This document shows positions 56,862 to 64,000 of a DNA stretch of 64,000 nucleotides, piece by piece. The stretch is from the IMG/VR virus record IMGVR_UViG_3300021963_006848, positions 1-64,000 of that record; one strand, written 5' to 3'. Within the stretch, counting starts at the first letter, position 1; every line of letters begins with the position of its first letter. This stretch comes from a virus. The notes under the pieces are model-generated. The model saw only the letters and a program-made list of their open reading frames with translations, did no database searches and was not told where the DNA came from. A program made the translations under genes and the position numbers.

Positions 56862-57775
56862 TATTGACGTAACGTTTTAGCGATAGTGTATTCTGGTTCT
56901 GTAAAGAAATCTGGGATGTAGCTCTGATGAGTAGCTCGGATAGGGTTAATATCTAAACCTCCTCTACGGGTGTATAAACATGCTACCATTAACTGCTCTG
57001 GTTTATATGCATCAGTTAAATGCTTGAATACCATTTCACAAATCTCTTCATGGAAGTGGGATACAGTTCTATGAGATACAATATACTTTGCTAAAGACTC
57101 AGGAGAAGGCATATTCGTACCTTCCATACGGATGTAAACATCGCCCCAGTCTGGTTGATTTGTTACTCTACAGTTTGAACGTAATAAGTTAGACTTATAC
57201 CGTACTTCTGCTGTTCCTACTTCTGCAACGAATTTAGTTTCTAACTGACTAGCATCAGATTTAAAGGAAGTAAAATCTACTTGATCTAAATCAGCTGCAT
57301 CAGCTAAATCTACATAACCTTCGAATGTAATTGGATTAGCTTCTTCTATCGTTGAATAGAAACTAACTGTAGTAGTGGTATTTAGTAACTCATCTAAATC
57401 TCTCTTTACCCTAGCTTCAATACCTGCAATACAATCTGCTGCTGTTTCTCCGATACGAGTCATATTAAATGAGTTTAGGTATAGTTTAATAGATTTAGAC
57501 TCTACGTGAAACTCTGAAGAAGCAGGGCATACAATCTTCAACATACCTGCTACAGGCTGTCCTTTAGTTGTAATGGCTGAAACCTCATATGCATTCCATG
57601 TATCTACTCCTACGAATTCTTTACCAGATAACTCATAAGCTTCTCGATTTAAGTATCGAGGAATCTTTACTAACAATTCCGGATCATAGGTATCTTTATA
57701 ACCTTCACCACCGACTTTACCTAAATGCTTACCGGCAATGGCTACTACTGCTTCTTGATTTTTTTCGTTTGACAT
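56861..57775 (-). CDS. queF: NADPH-dependent preQ0 reductase (bimodular QueF)
   Basis: VESKSIKLYLNSF, NCRVTNQPDWG, FHEEICE, YTRRGGLDINP. Confidence 0.93.
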   Translation of the reverse strand: MSNEKNQEAVVAIAGKHLGKVGGEGYKDTYDPELLVKIPRYLNREAYELSGKEFVGVDTWNAYEVSAITTKGQPVAGMLKIVCPASSEFHVESKSIKLYLNSFNMTRIGETAADCIAGIEARVKRDLDELLNTTTTVSFYSTIEEANPITFEGYVDLADAADLDQVDFTSFKSDASQLETKFVAEVGTAEVRYKSNLLRSNCRVTNQPDWGDVYIRMEGTNMPSPESLAKYIVSHRTVSHFHEEICEMVFKHLTDAYKPEQLMVACLYTRRGGLDINPIRATHQSYIPDFFTEPEYTIAKTLRQ

Positions 57776-57776
57776 A

Positions 57777-58295
57777 TTATTTTATAAAATTTAAAATTTG
57801 ATCTACTCTTTGCATAGGTGAACCAGTTATAGTTAAGTAAGGTTGTCTAACTGTTTCTAATTCTGATTTAAAACGTTCATCTATCTTCTTTCTCCACTCT
57901 TCATTAACACTTCTCACTCCATCATCTACTGATTCGAATTCAATAGGAAAATAAACATAATGTGTGTATTCTCCTTTGATTCTATTCCAAGTATCTTGAA
58001 TAAAGTCATGAGTACCTCTATCTATACCATCCATGAAACAAGTATAAACTAAAACGTCCATATAGCATCTATCTAAGACTAAGTTATAAGGCTTAAGTAA
58101 AGCTTCTAAGTGAAAAGAACTAATAGCTAACTGAGTAGCATCACTGCCATACTCGTTAATAGGAAAACCATAACTTGCTACAGTTCGAGTAGATTCATTT
58201 ATAAACTCATACTTAGGTAATTTATTCTTAAGAAGCTCATATACCGTAGTCTTACCTGTGCTACTTGCTCCTACTAATGCTATTCTTTTTATCAT
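57777..58295 (-). CDS. P-loop nucleotide-kinase-like protein (AAA_28/NadR-like)
   Basis: GASSTGKTT, LDR...D..VY, DDGVR. Confidence 0.75.
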   Translation of the reverse strand: MIKRIALVGASSTGKTTVYELLKNKLPKYEFINESTRTVASYGFPINEYGSDATQLAISSFHLEALLKPYNLVLDRCYMDVLVYTCFMDGIDRGTHDFIQDTWNRIKGEYTHYVYFPIEFESVDDGVRSVNEEWRKKIDERFKSELETVRQPYLTITGSPMQRVDQILNFIK

Positions 58296-58858
58296 GACAA
58301 AACTACTTTTAAAAACTTATACCACATATACAATGCCTTATCTCTTAATGTAAGATAAAAAGCTCGTTCATCCAACCCTTCTTGTAAAAATTCTTCATAA
58401 TCTATAACCTCTCCTTCGTCAACTCCAGCAGTTACTTTATGTAAAACTGCTCCTGCAGTTACATACTGCTTATACGATCTTTCTTGAGGATCTTTACCTT
58501 TTAATTCTGGATACTTTGTAATTAGTCCTGGGTGTCCGTTAAAGATTCTATATCTATCACAAATCTCAGGAGGCATTACTCTCAACCACCCGTGCAAGGT
58601 AACTACTAGTTTCTCAGGAGGAGCTAAATGACTAAATAGGTACTCGTAATCCTGTAATGTAGGTTTATTCGGAGTTACATAGAAAAAAGGTAATTTTAGT
58701 ATCCTCTCATCTACCTTACGTAAATGTTCTGGTCTTTCATTAGTTACAATCAAATTAGGCCATCTACCTAATTTCTCAGACAATGCTACTATCTCAGAAC
58801 CTGTTTGAGAGAAGAAAGCTACCCACTGATTGCTAGTATTTGGTTGATCCGTTTGCAA
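58292..58858 (-). CDS. PurN-like formyltransferase (candidate DpdN)
   Basis: FFSQTGS, HGWLR, NGHPG, HKVTAGVDEG. Confidence 0.8.
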   Translation of the reverse strand: MQTDQPNTSNQWVAFFSQTGSEIVALSEKLGRWPNLIVTNERPEHLRKVDERILKLPFFYVTPNKPTLQDYEYLFSHLAPPEKLVVTLHGWLRVMPPEICDRYRIFNGHPGLITKYPELKGKDPQERSYKQYVTAGAVLHKVTAGVDEGEVIDYEEFLQEGLDERAFYLTLRDKALYMWYKFLKVVLS

Positions 58859-59636
58859 ATTGTCTAAATCTTTGAATGTTAAATAATACCTTACTTACGT
58901 CTTCTACATTAGCATTAATCATCTCAAATAATTTTTGAGACTCTTTATCCCATAAACCTTCTTCTTTATACTCAATCCCTTTAATACCATGAACTACCGG
59001 GTTAGACGTATCTAGTGAATAAATCCAGTCGTAATTTGCATGCTTATAGAATGCAAACTCTTGAGGTAATCCACATCCAAGTAAATGGTGAGGTTTATCT
59101 ACATTAATAACACCGTCTTTGAGTAGATCTCCAAGTAACTTCACACGTCCTAACATCCAGCTAACATACTTATTAGGATGTGGTACTGATTGTGTATAAT
59201 ACGAGTAGTCAAAAGATATAGCTATCATATCTACGTTAGCTACCTTATCCATATGTTGATAACATTCAACTATCTGCTTATATGTTCTTCCTTGAACTAC
59301 CCCTATCTTTTTATTTTTAATTTCCGAGTACTTACTATTCCACATATCCATAGAAGCCATAGTTTTAACACTATCTTCTAATACGTCTGGCACTATATAC
59401 CAAGTAGGGTTTAGTTTCTTAATCCACCATGCAAATTCTTCTGAATCAAATGCATTTCCTAATTCAAAAATAGAATTATCTAGAATTACCTCTCTACCTT
59501 TCTCAATAGCATCATAAAATAAGTCATAGTACTCATAATCTTCTGCAAATAAATGCACTAAAGCATAATCGTAGTCTGTATACTGTTGAACAGTTTCAAA
59601 AATACTTTTTGGAGATTCGTGAGCTATCTTAATCAT
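58833..59636 (-). CDS. TGT-fold transglycosylase (DpdA-like)
   Basis: LDNS.F, PDV, GVVQG, HHLLG, SLDTS; context of que genes. Confidence 0.65.
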   Translation of the reverse strand: MIKIAHESPKSIFETVQQYTDYDYALVHLFAEDYEYYDLFYDAIEKGREVILDNSIFELGNAFDSEEFAWWIKKLNPTWYIVPDVLEDSVKTMASMDMWNSKYSEIKNKKIGVVQGRTYKQIVECYQHMDKVANVDMIAISFDYSYYTQSVPHPNKYVSWMLGRVKLLGDLLKDGVINVDKPHHLLGCGLPQEFAFYKHANYDWIYSLDTSNPVVHGIKGIEYKEEGLWDKESQKLFEMINANVEDVSKVLFNIQRFRQFANGSTKY

Positions 59637-59823
59637 TTGTTATATCGTTTAGAGTTTTTTGAACATCTTGCAATTGCTCTGCTAACTTGTCAAGTAAATC
59701 ATCTGCTTGCTTTGTTAGGTCAACATTATTTAACAGAGAAATAACTGCCGATAAGGGCACCATTTCAGTCTGGTATGCTTGTACATAGACAGCATGCTTT
59801 TTTATATCTTCTATTAACGACAT
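59629..59823 (-). CDS. hypothetical protein
   Basis: packed ORF. Confidence 0.55.
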   Translation of the reverse strand: MSLIEDIKKHAVYVQAYQTEMVPLSAVISLLNNVDLTKQADDLLDKLAEQLQDVQKTLNDITND

Positions 59824-60293
59824 TAGAAAAACTTTTTTAGATTTGGTTTAAAATAATTTACCGACTTCATTACCTTTCTATCTCTAGTTCGGTATACAAT
59901 ATAGAAGTCTCCTACCTTCTCGTAATGACAAGGCTCTCCTTGCTGCTCAGAGCGTATATTAACAGTCTCGATAGCCTCTTCTTCTGACTTACAAGCTTTA
60001 GACATATTAGATGCTTGAACTTCCGCATAAGCGTCATTAAACTTATCTTTAAGTCCGTGTAACATTACACCATTACCTAACGATACGTAAGTAATATCAC
60101 ATAAAGCATCTAATACTTCTACAATATCACCTTTCTCACATGCTTCTTTATACTCTTCTAGTTCTTCTAGAATAAAGTTATATACAAATTCCCACTCTTT
60201 ACGTTCAGGTATAACTGGGGTATAGTTATTTGGTTTACCGAAGGTAGCGTTAAACAGCTCTACTTCGTTCACAAAAGGTACGTTATTTTTCAT
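59823..60293 (-). CDS. MazG/PRA-PH-like NTP pyrophosphohydrolase
   Basis: EELEEY, DALCDITYV, EV..SNMSK, KV.KS. Confidence 0.8.
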   Translation of the reverse strand: MKNNVPFVNEVELFNATFGKPNNYTPVIPERKEWEFVYNFILEELEEYKEACEKGDIVEVLDALCDITYVSLGNGVMLHGLKDKFNDAYAEVQASNMSKACKSEEEAIETVNIRSEQQGEPCHYEKVGDFYIVYRTRDRKVMKSVNYFKPNLKKFF

Positions 60294-60332
60294 ATACTTA
60301 ATTTACGAAATTAATCAATAGGAAGCAACTTA

Positions 60333-61043
60333 TTAGTTGCGACATTTTCCTGCTAATTCTATATTCTTATAGAACTCAGCTCTACAAGAATCTTCTTTTA
60401 AAAATGCTCCTGAAAGTTTAGCTGTCTGCATTGAAGCACCATTATGTTTAGTACCTCGGCAAGATACACAATTGTGTGTTGCATCTACCATTACAGCTAC
60501 TCCTTCGTTACCTTCGCAGATCTTATCAATAGCATGATGAATAGCTACTGTTAATTGCTCTTGGATAGCTCCTCGACGACCGAAGTATTCTACAATACGG
60601 TTTAGTTTAGATAATCCAATAACCTTACCGTCTTTACCTGGAATATAAGCTACACTAACTCGACCTTGAATAGTCTGGTGATGATGTGAACACATCGAAG
60701 TTAAAGGAATGTTACTTTCCTGTACTAATCCGTCATAACCGTCTGATGGGAATGCTGTAATTTCTGGTGGTGCTGAGAATCGACCTGCCCATAGGTCATT
60801 TACGTATGCTTTTGCTACTCGACGTGGAGTATCAGATGAGTTTGGATCATTTCTCCAATCACACCCTAAAGCATCTAAGAACTTACCGAATGCTTCTGCA
60901 GCGTTTGAGATAATTTCATATTTCTCAGAGTCGGTAAGATGAACATCTACCATTTTACTAATTTTTTGCTTTTCAGCTAACTGTGTGGATAAACCATTTG
61001 CGTAACCTGCTTCGGTTACCTCTAACGAATACTTCTTCTTCAT
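60333..61043 (-). CDS. folE: GTP cyclohydrolase I
   Basis: TPRRVAK, SMCSHHH, GLSKLNR, IQEQLT, HNCVSCRG. Confidence 0.95.
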   Translation of the reverse strand: MKKKYSLEVTEAGYANGLSTQLAEKQKISKMVDVHLTDSEKYEIISNAAEAFGKFLDALGCDWRNDPNSSDTPRRVAKAYVNDLWAGRFSAPPEITAFPSDGYDGLVQESNIPLTSMCSHHHQTIQGRVSVAYIPGKDGKVIGLSKLNRIVEYFGRRGAIQEQLTVAIHHAIDKICEGNEGVAVMVDATHNCVSCRGTKHNGASMQTAKLSGAFLKEDSCRAEFYKNIELAGKCRN

Positions 61044-61119
61044 TTTATATGTTTGTTTTTAAAGTGGTGCTACGACACTACTATAACTTAATTTACGAAA
61101 ACTTTGCTTAAGATCCAAA

Positions 61120-61542
61120 TTATTTCAAGTAATCTTGAACGTAATCACTGTCTTTATTTTCCCAGGGGAATACTAACCATCTAGCATCATCGATTAACTC
61201 GCAATACTTATCCGGAACGTACTTACTATTATGCCTAAATGCTAATGATAAAGTTAAAAATTCATAAGCATCAATTTCTGCAAAAGTAATACCTGTATCG
61301 CATATATCATCTACTACTAGAGTTTTATGTCTCAGTCGAGTAGGTAGTAATTTAGCGTCTGCTAAACTTATATAATTAATTTTGTACCTATGTGAAATTA
61401 GAACTGCAGGAATTAAACCTCCTCTAGGTAAACCTGTAACGTATGCTATAGGTTCTTGACAATCTAGCCACATTCCAATTTTATCAATTTGACTCTCCAC
61501 CCACTCCCAGGTAAGGTCTCTTGTAATAATTACTTCTCTCAT
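61120..61542 (-). CDS. purine phosphoribosyltransferase (Gpt-like)
   Basis: RGGLIPA, LVVDDICDTG.T, WLVFPWE. Confidence 0.85.
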   Translation of the reverse strand: MREVIITRDLTWEWVESQIDKIGMWLDCQEPIAYVTGLPRGGLIPAVLISHRYKINYISLADAKLLPTRLRHKTLVVDDICDTGITFAEIDAYEFLTLSLAFRHNSKYVPDKYCELIDDARWLVFPWENKDSDYVQDYLK

Positions 61543-61937
61543 TTATTAGAAGTAGTGTAGCTAATTGAACTTCCGGACGGATATCCTAAAGTAGTTGATG
61601 TTTTTGTAAATGGCGGTGTAGCATATGTAATTGAACCACCACCCGGTGTTGTTGTAACTACTGCCTGCGTAGTACATGTTCCTGATAATCCTATCGGGTT
61701 AGTAAGTGGTACATCTCCTACATAAAATGGATTTACCTTATGAGGTTCTTGCCATCTTGGATATGATTCATGTACTCTAAAAGTGTTGTGATCTGAAATG
61801 ATACCTCCAAGTGGTATTGAATCGTCTACTTCTTTTAACTTATCTTTTAATGCATCCCATTGTTTTGGAGTTGGTGCGTACTCGTGGCAAGCTTCTACAA
61901 AACCTTGCATCCATGTAACAAATTCTTTTGATGTCAT
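61539..61937 (-). CDS. hypothetical protein with Thr-rich tail
   Basis: ORF. Confidence 0.65.
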   Translation of the reverse strand: MTSKEFVTWMQGFVEACHEYAPTPKQWDALKDKLKEVDDSIPLGGIISDHNTFRVHESYPRWQEPHKVNPFYVGDVPLTNPIGLSGTCTTQAVVTTTPGGGSITYATPPFTKTSTTLGYPSGSSISYTTSNK

Positions 61938-61942
61938 AACTT

Positions 61943-62542
61943 TTAATTACAATTTATTTTATATTCTTGCCATTTTTTAGTAGGCGGTTGATTCGGAAAA
62001 TAATAACATTCAGTTTTACCGCTCTTAGTAAATTTAATTACTTTATAAAATGCATCAGGTACTGTGGCATTTGTAGGTAGTTTGATAGACTTATCGCTGA
62101 AAATTGCTCTAACTGTTACTTCTAACACTTCTGTATCTGCCCATACTCTCTCTTGTGCTTCCAATAGTCGCCACTCTCCTCTATTTAATCTTTCATTCTG
62201 TAAAGCAGAATTTAGATAGGTAAAAGTCTGTTTTAAGTTCTCTTTGGAGTCGGTAAAATGTGCAGCAGGAGCCATATGTCCTTTATCGTATATGTTTGCT
62301 GCGTAGTCATTATTATCAGATGTATGGTAATCTTTCTCTGTGTAGAAATCTAACCCTTTTCTATCTGCTACTTTTACTATAGGTCTTGCAGTGTATTTAA
62401 CCCAGAGAGGCTGTTCTTTAGTCTCTGAATACATTACTTCAAATATTGGAGTTTTAACTAGTACTGAATCTCGTAATTGCCCGTAAGCAGTTGTTAATGT
62501 TAATAAAAATGCTAAAAGAAGCAAATTCGATTTTCTTCCCAT
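61943..62542 (-). CDS. secreted DNA/RNA non-specific endonuclease
   Basis: signal peptide, YDKGHMAPAA, N...Q...LN.G.W..LE, VP..FYKVI. Confidence 0.9.
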   Translation of the reverse strand: MGRKSNLLLLAFLLTLTTAYGQLRDSVLVKTPIFEVMYSETKEQPLWVKYTARPIVKVADRKGLDFYTEKDYHTSDNNDYAANIYDKGHMAPAAHFTDSKENLKQTFTYLNSALQNERLNRGEWRLLEAQERVWADTEVLEVTVRAIFSDKSIKLPTNATVPDAFYKVIKFTKSGKTECYYFPNQPPTKKWQEYKINCN

Positions 62543-62802
62543 CTGTAATTGTTTAACTGTTTATAATCGGTTTCTGATAAAATTGTAACATTTTGAGTAT
62601 CTACAGGATGTTCATCTATGTAGTTAATTAACTCTAGGAAAGTTACAGGACCAAATTCTATTTCGTCGTAATCTTCTGTTATTAAGTGAAGGTTACCGTT
62701 CTGTACTTTATAATCCCATACAATCAAACCATCTACTAGTATTTCAACATCTCCCATGTTGTCTATACCCACTTCAAATTTTAATATATCTTCTAAGTTC
62801 AT
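62512..62802 (-). CDS. acidic hypothetical protein (start corrected to 62802)
   Basis: TATTTATA at 62809-62816 upstream. Confidence 0.55.
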   Translation of the reverse strand: MNLEDILKFEVGIDNMGDVEILVDGLIVWDYKVQNGNLHLITEDYDEIEFGPVTFLELINYIDEHPVDTQNVTILSETDYKQLNNYRWEENRICFF

Positions 62803-62821
62803 AGTAAATATAAATAGAGGT

Positions 62822-63604
62822 TTACACAGCTCTCTTGGTATCAAAAGCAATAATATGCTCTCTACCTGTAAATCGGTATGCATTTTGAGTACACCATTCT
62901 ATAACTAAAGGATATACTCTAATTAGCTCTTGACGATTATCTCCTGGAGGCATTATAATTACCTTATTTTTAGGTATCTCTAACTCATCCAACCAAGCTC
63001 TTGTCTCTAACCATTCTTCAGGTCTCTCTACTGGATTAGCTACGATTTTAACGTGGTAATCTTTATGGTATGCCAATGTCTCTTTAATTGCTTCTTTATT
63101 GAGACGATGCCTGTTGTGCGTGTCAATAAGCTTCTGGTCCGTAACTGCACCTTGAGGAGTAAGTACCCCCAATACAGGCACACTATTGGTAAACTTAGGA
63201 CTAAGACTAATAAGGTCAATAGGATAGTCGGTAGCGAGGAAATGGCTCCCTTCAGTCTCGATGGTAATAATGATACCTCTTTCATGAGCAAAATGTGTTA
63301 ATTCGTTAACTAAAGCTGGATGCATTGTTGGTGAACCCCCTGTTAACATCATCTCCTTCACTTCTGGGTTCTCATCGTATATCTTAACGATATCGTTGAA
63401 ATTATAAATACCTTTTTCTGGATGTATACTGGTATACCAAGAGTCACACCATCCGCCTTCTCCAAAGTAACAACGGTGAGTACAACCTGTAGTTCTAATT
63501 GCTACAGTTGGGTAGCCAGCTCTTGAACCTTCTGATTGTACGCAAGTGTACAATTCTACGATAGGTAACTTTTTACTATAATCTGTAATTCTTCCTAAAC
63601 TCAT
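62822..63604 (-). CDS. queE: 7-carboxy-7-deazaguanine synthase (radical SAM)
   Basis: Q.EG...G, GCTHRC...WCDS.Y, LTGG.P, IETEGS, SPK. Confidence 0.9.
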   Translation of the reverse strand: MSLGRITDYSKKLPIVELYTCVQSEGSRAGYPTVAIRTTGCTHRCYFGEGGWCDSWYTSIHPEKGIYNFNDIVKIYDENPEVKEMMLTGGSPTMHPALVNELTHFAHERGIIITIETEGSHFLATDYPIDLISLSPKFTNSVPVLGVLTPQGAVTDQKLIDTHNRHRLNKEAIKETLAYHKDYHVKIVANPVERPEEWLETRAWLDELEIPKNKVIIMPPGDNRQELIRVYPLVIEWCTQNAYRFTGREHIIAFDTKRAV

Positions 63605-63615
63605 TATTTTTTATT

Positions 63616-64000
63616 TTATGCTTGATAAGATGCAGAATTTCTTTCGTGTTCGTAAACTTCTACTTTTACAGCTTTTACTCGTCCTTCGGTTTCTGCTTCT
63701 AAGAACTCATTAATTTCGTTATACAGATACTCTGCAAATCTTTCACATCCTGTTGCAGGAAGTATACGTAACTGTATTATACCGTCTTCATCCATCTGCT
63801 TAAAGTTCTCTAAATATGGATCATCCTCTGCTACTATTGTAGTATGGTCTAATAAGTAGTTAAAGAAGTCTTTAGGTGAACTACCGTACATAGTAGTCTT
63901 TGCTCTCTTCATTCCACCAAAGTCCCATACCCAGTTACGTTCGTCTAATTCTCCTTCGAACCATACTCTAAAAGATACTGCGTATCCATGTAAATACTTA
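63616..64000 (-). CDS. queD: 6-carboxytetrahydropterin synthase, truncated by the window edge
   Basis: the frame stays open past 63912: KYLHGY...WVWDFG, LDH, E..A, V.VYE. Confidence 0.88.
   Translation of the reverse strand, partial: KYLHGYAVSFRVWFEGELDERNWVWDFGGMKRAKTTMYGSSPKDFFNYLLDHTTIVAEDDPYLENFKQMDEDGIIQLRILPATGCERFAEYLYNEINEFLEAETEGRVKAVKVEVYEHERNSASYQA

Noticed and set aside
13424-62816. T4-type late promoters TATAAATA
   Set aside because: They read TATAAATA only on the non-coding strand; the sense-strand motif is TATTTAT, reported as a separate class.
2836-63301. Plus-strand ORFs in the track other than 27-278, and alternate-frame minus ORFs such as 2603-2818, 49878-50084 and 63040-63291
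   Set aside because: They are shadows of well-supported minus-strand genes, with no motifs or start signals.
1-64000. tRNA or rRNA genes, integrase or transposase, stop-codon reassignment
   Set aside because: I saw no cloverleaf or recombinase motifs by eye, and genes are full length under code 11 with TAA, TAG and TGA all used as stops. tRNAscan-SE would confirm.

Overview
This is an AT-rich, gene-dense segment of a large dsDNA bacteriophage. Nearly all real genes lie on the minus strand. The host is probably a Bacteroidota (Flavobacteria-like): there are TTG-N20-TAnnTT promoters, SD-less A-rich starts and a bS21 carrying Tyr54. Layout: 0.4-16.8 kb is small hypothetical early-type genes behind about 20 copies of a conserved promoter (counted across the window). 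16.8-27.5 kb is a tailoring-enzyme cluster (Trp halogenase, four 2OG-Fe(II) oxygenase-like genes, two sulfotransferases, SET, APS kinase plus adenylyltransferase, GT-like genes) around a 627-aa polyprotein. 33.9-45.4 kb is a nonulosonic-acid and glycosyltransferase cluster, 46.8-49.6 kb a lysis cassette, 50.9-53.3 kb GroEL/GroES/Hsp20, 53.7-56 kb a family A DNA polymerase, and 56.8-64 kb a 7-deazaguanine pathway (QueF, formyltransferase, TGT/DpdA-like, FolE, QueE, QueD). The top candidate new system is a phage RiPP-like pathway. The polyprotein has a circularly permuted ATP-grasp-like domain, then a Hint domain, a 24-aa core with 6 Cys and 4 Trp (PCWCSGYNCGWWSCYNSCWTCQAQ), and a second Hint. 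The two Hints keep the catalytic residues on the sides facing the core, as needed to excise it. Six neighbouring proteins share a C-terminal (K/S)TLI tag. All calls come from reading motifs by eye; no database searches were run.
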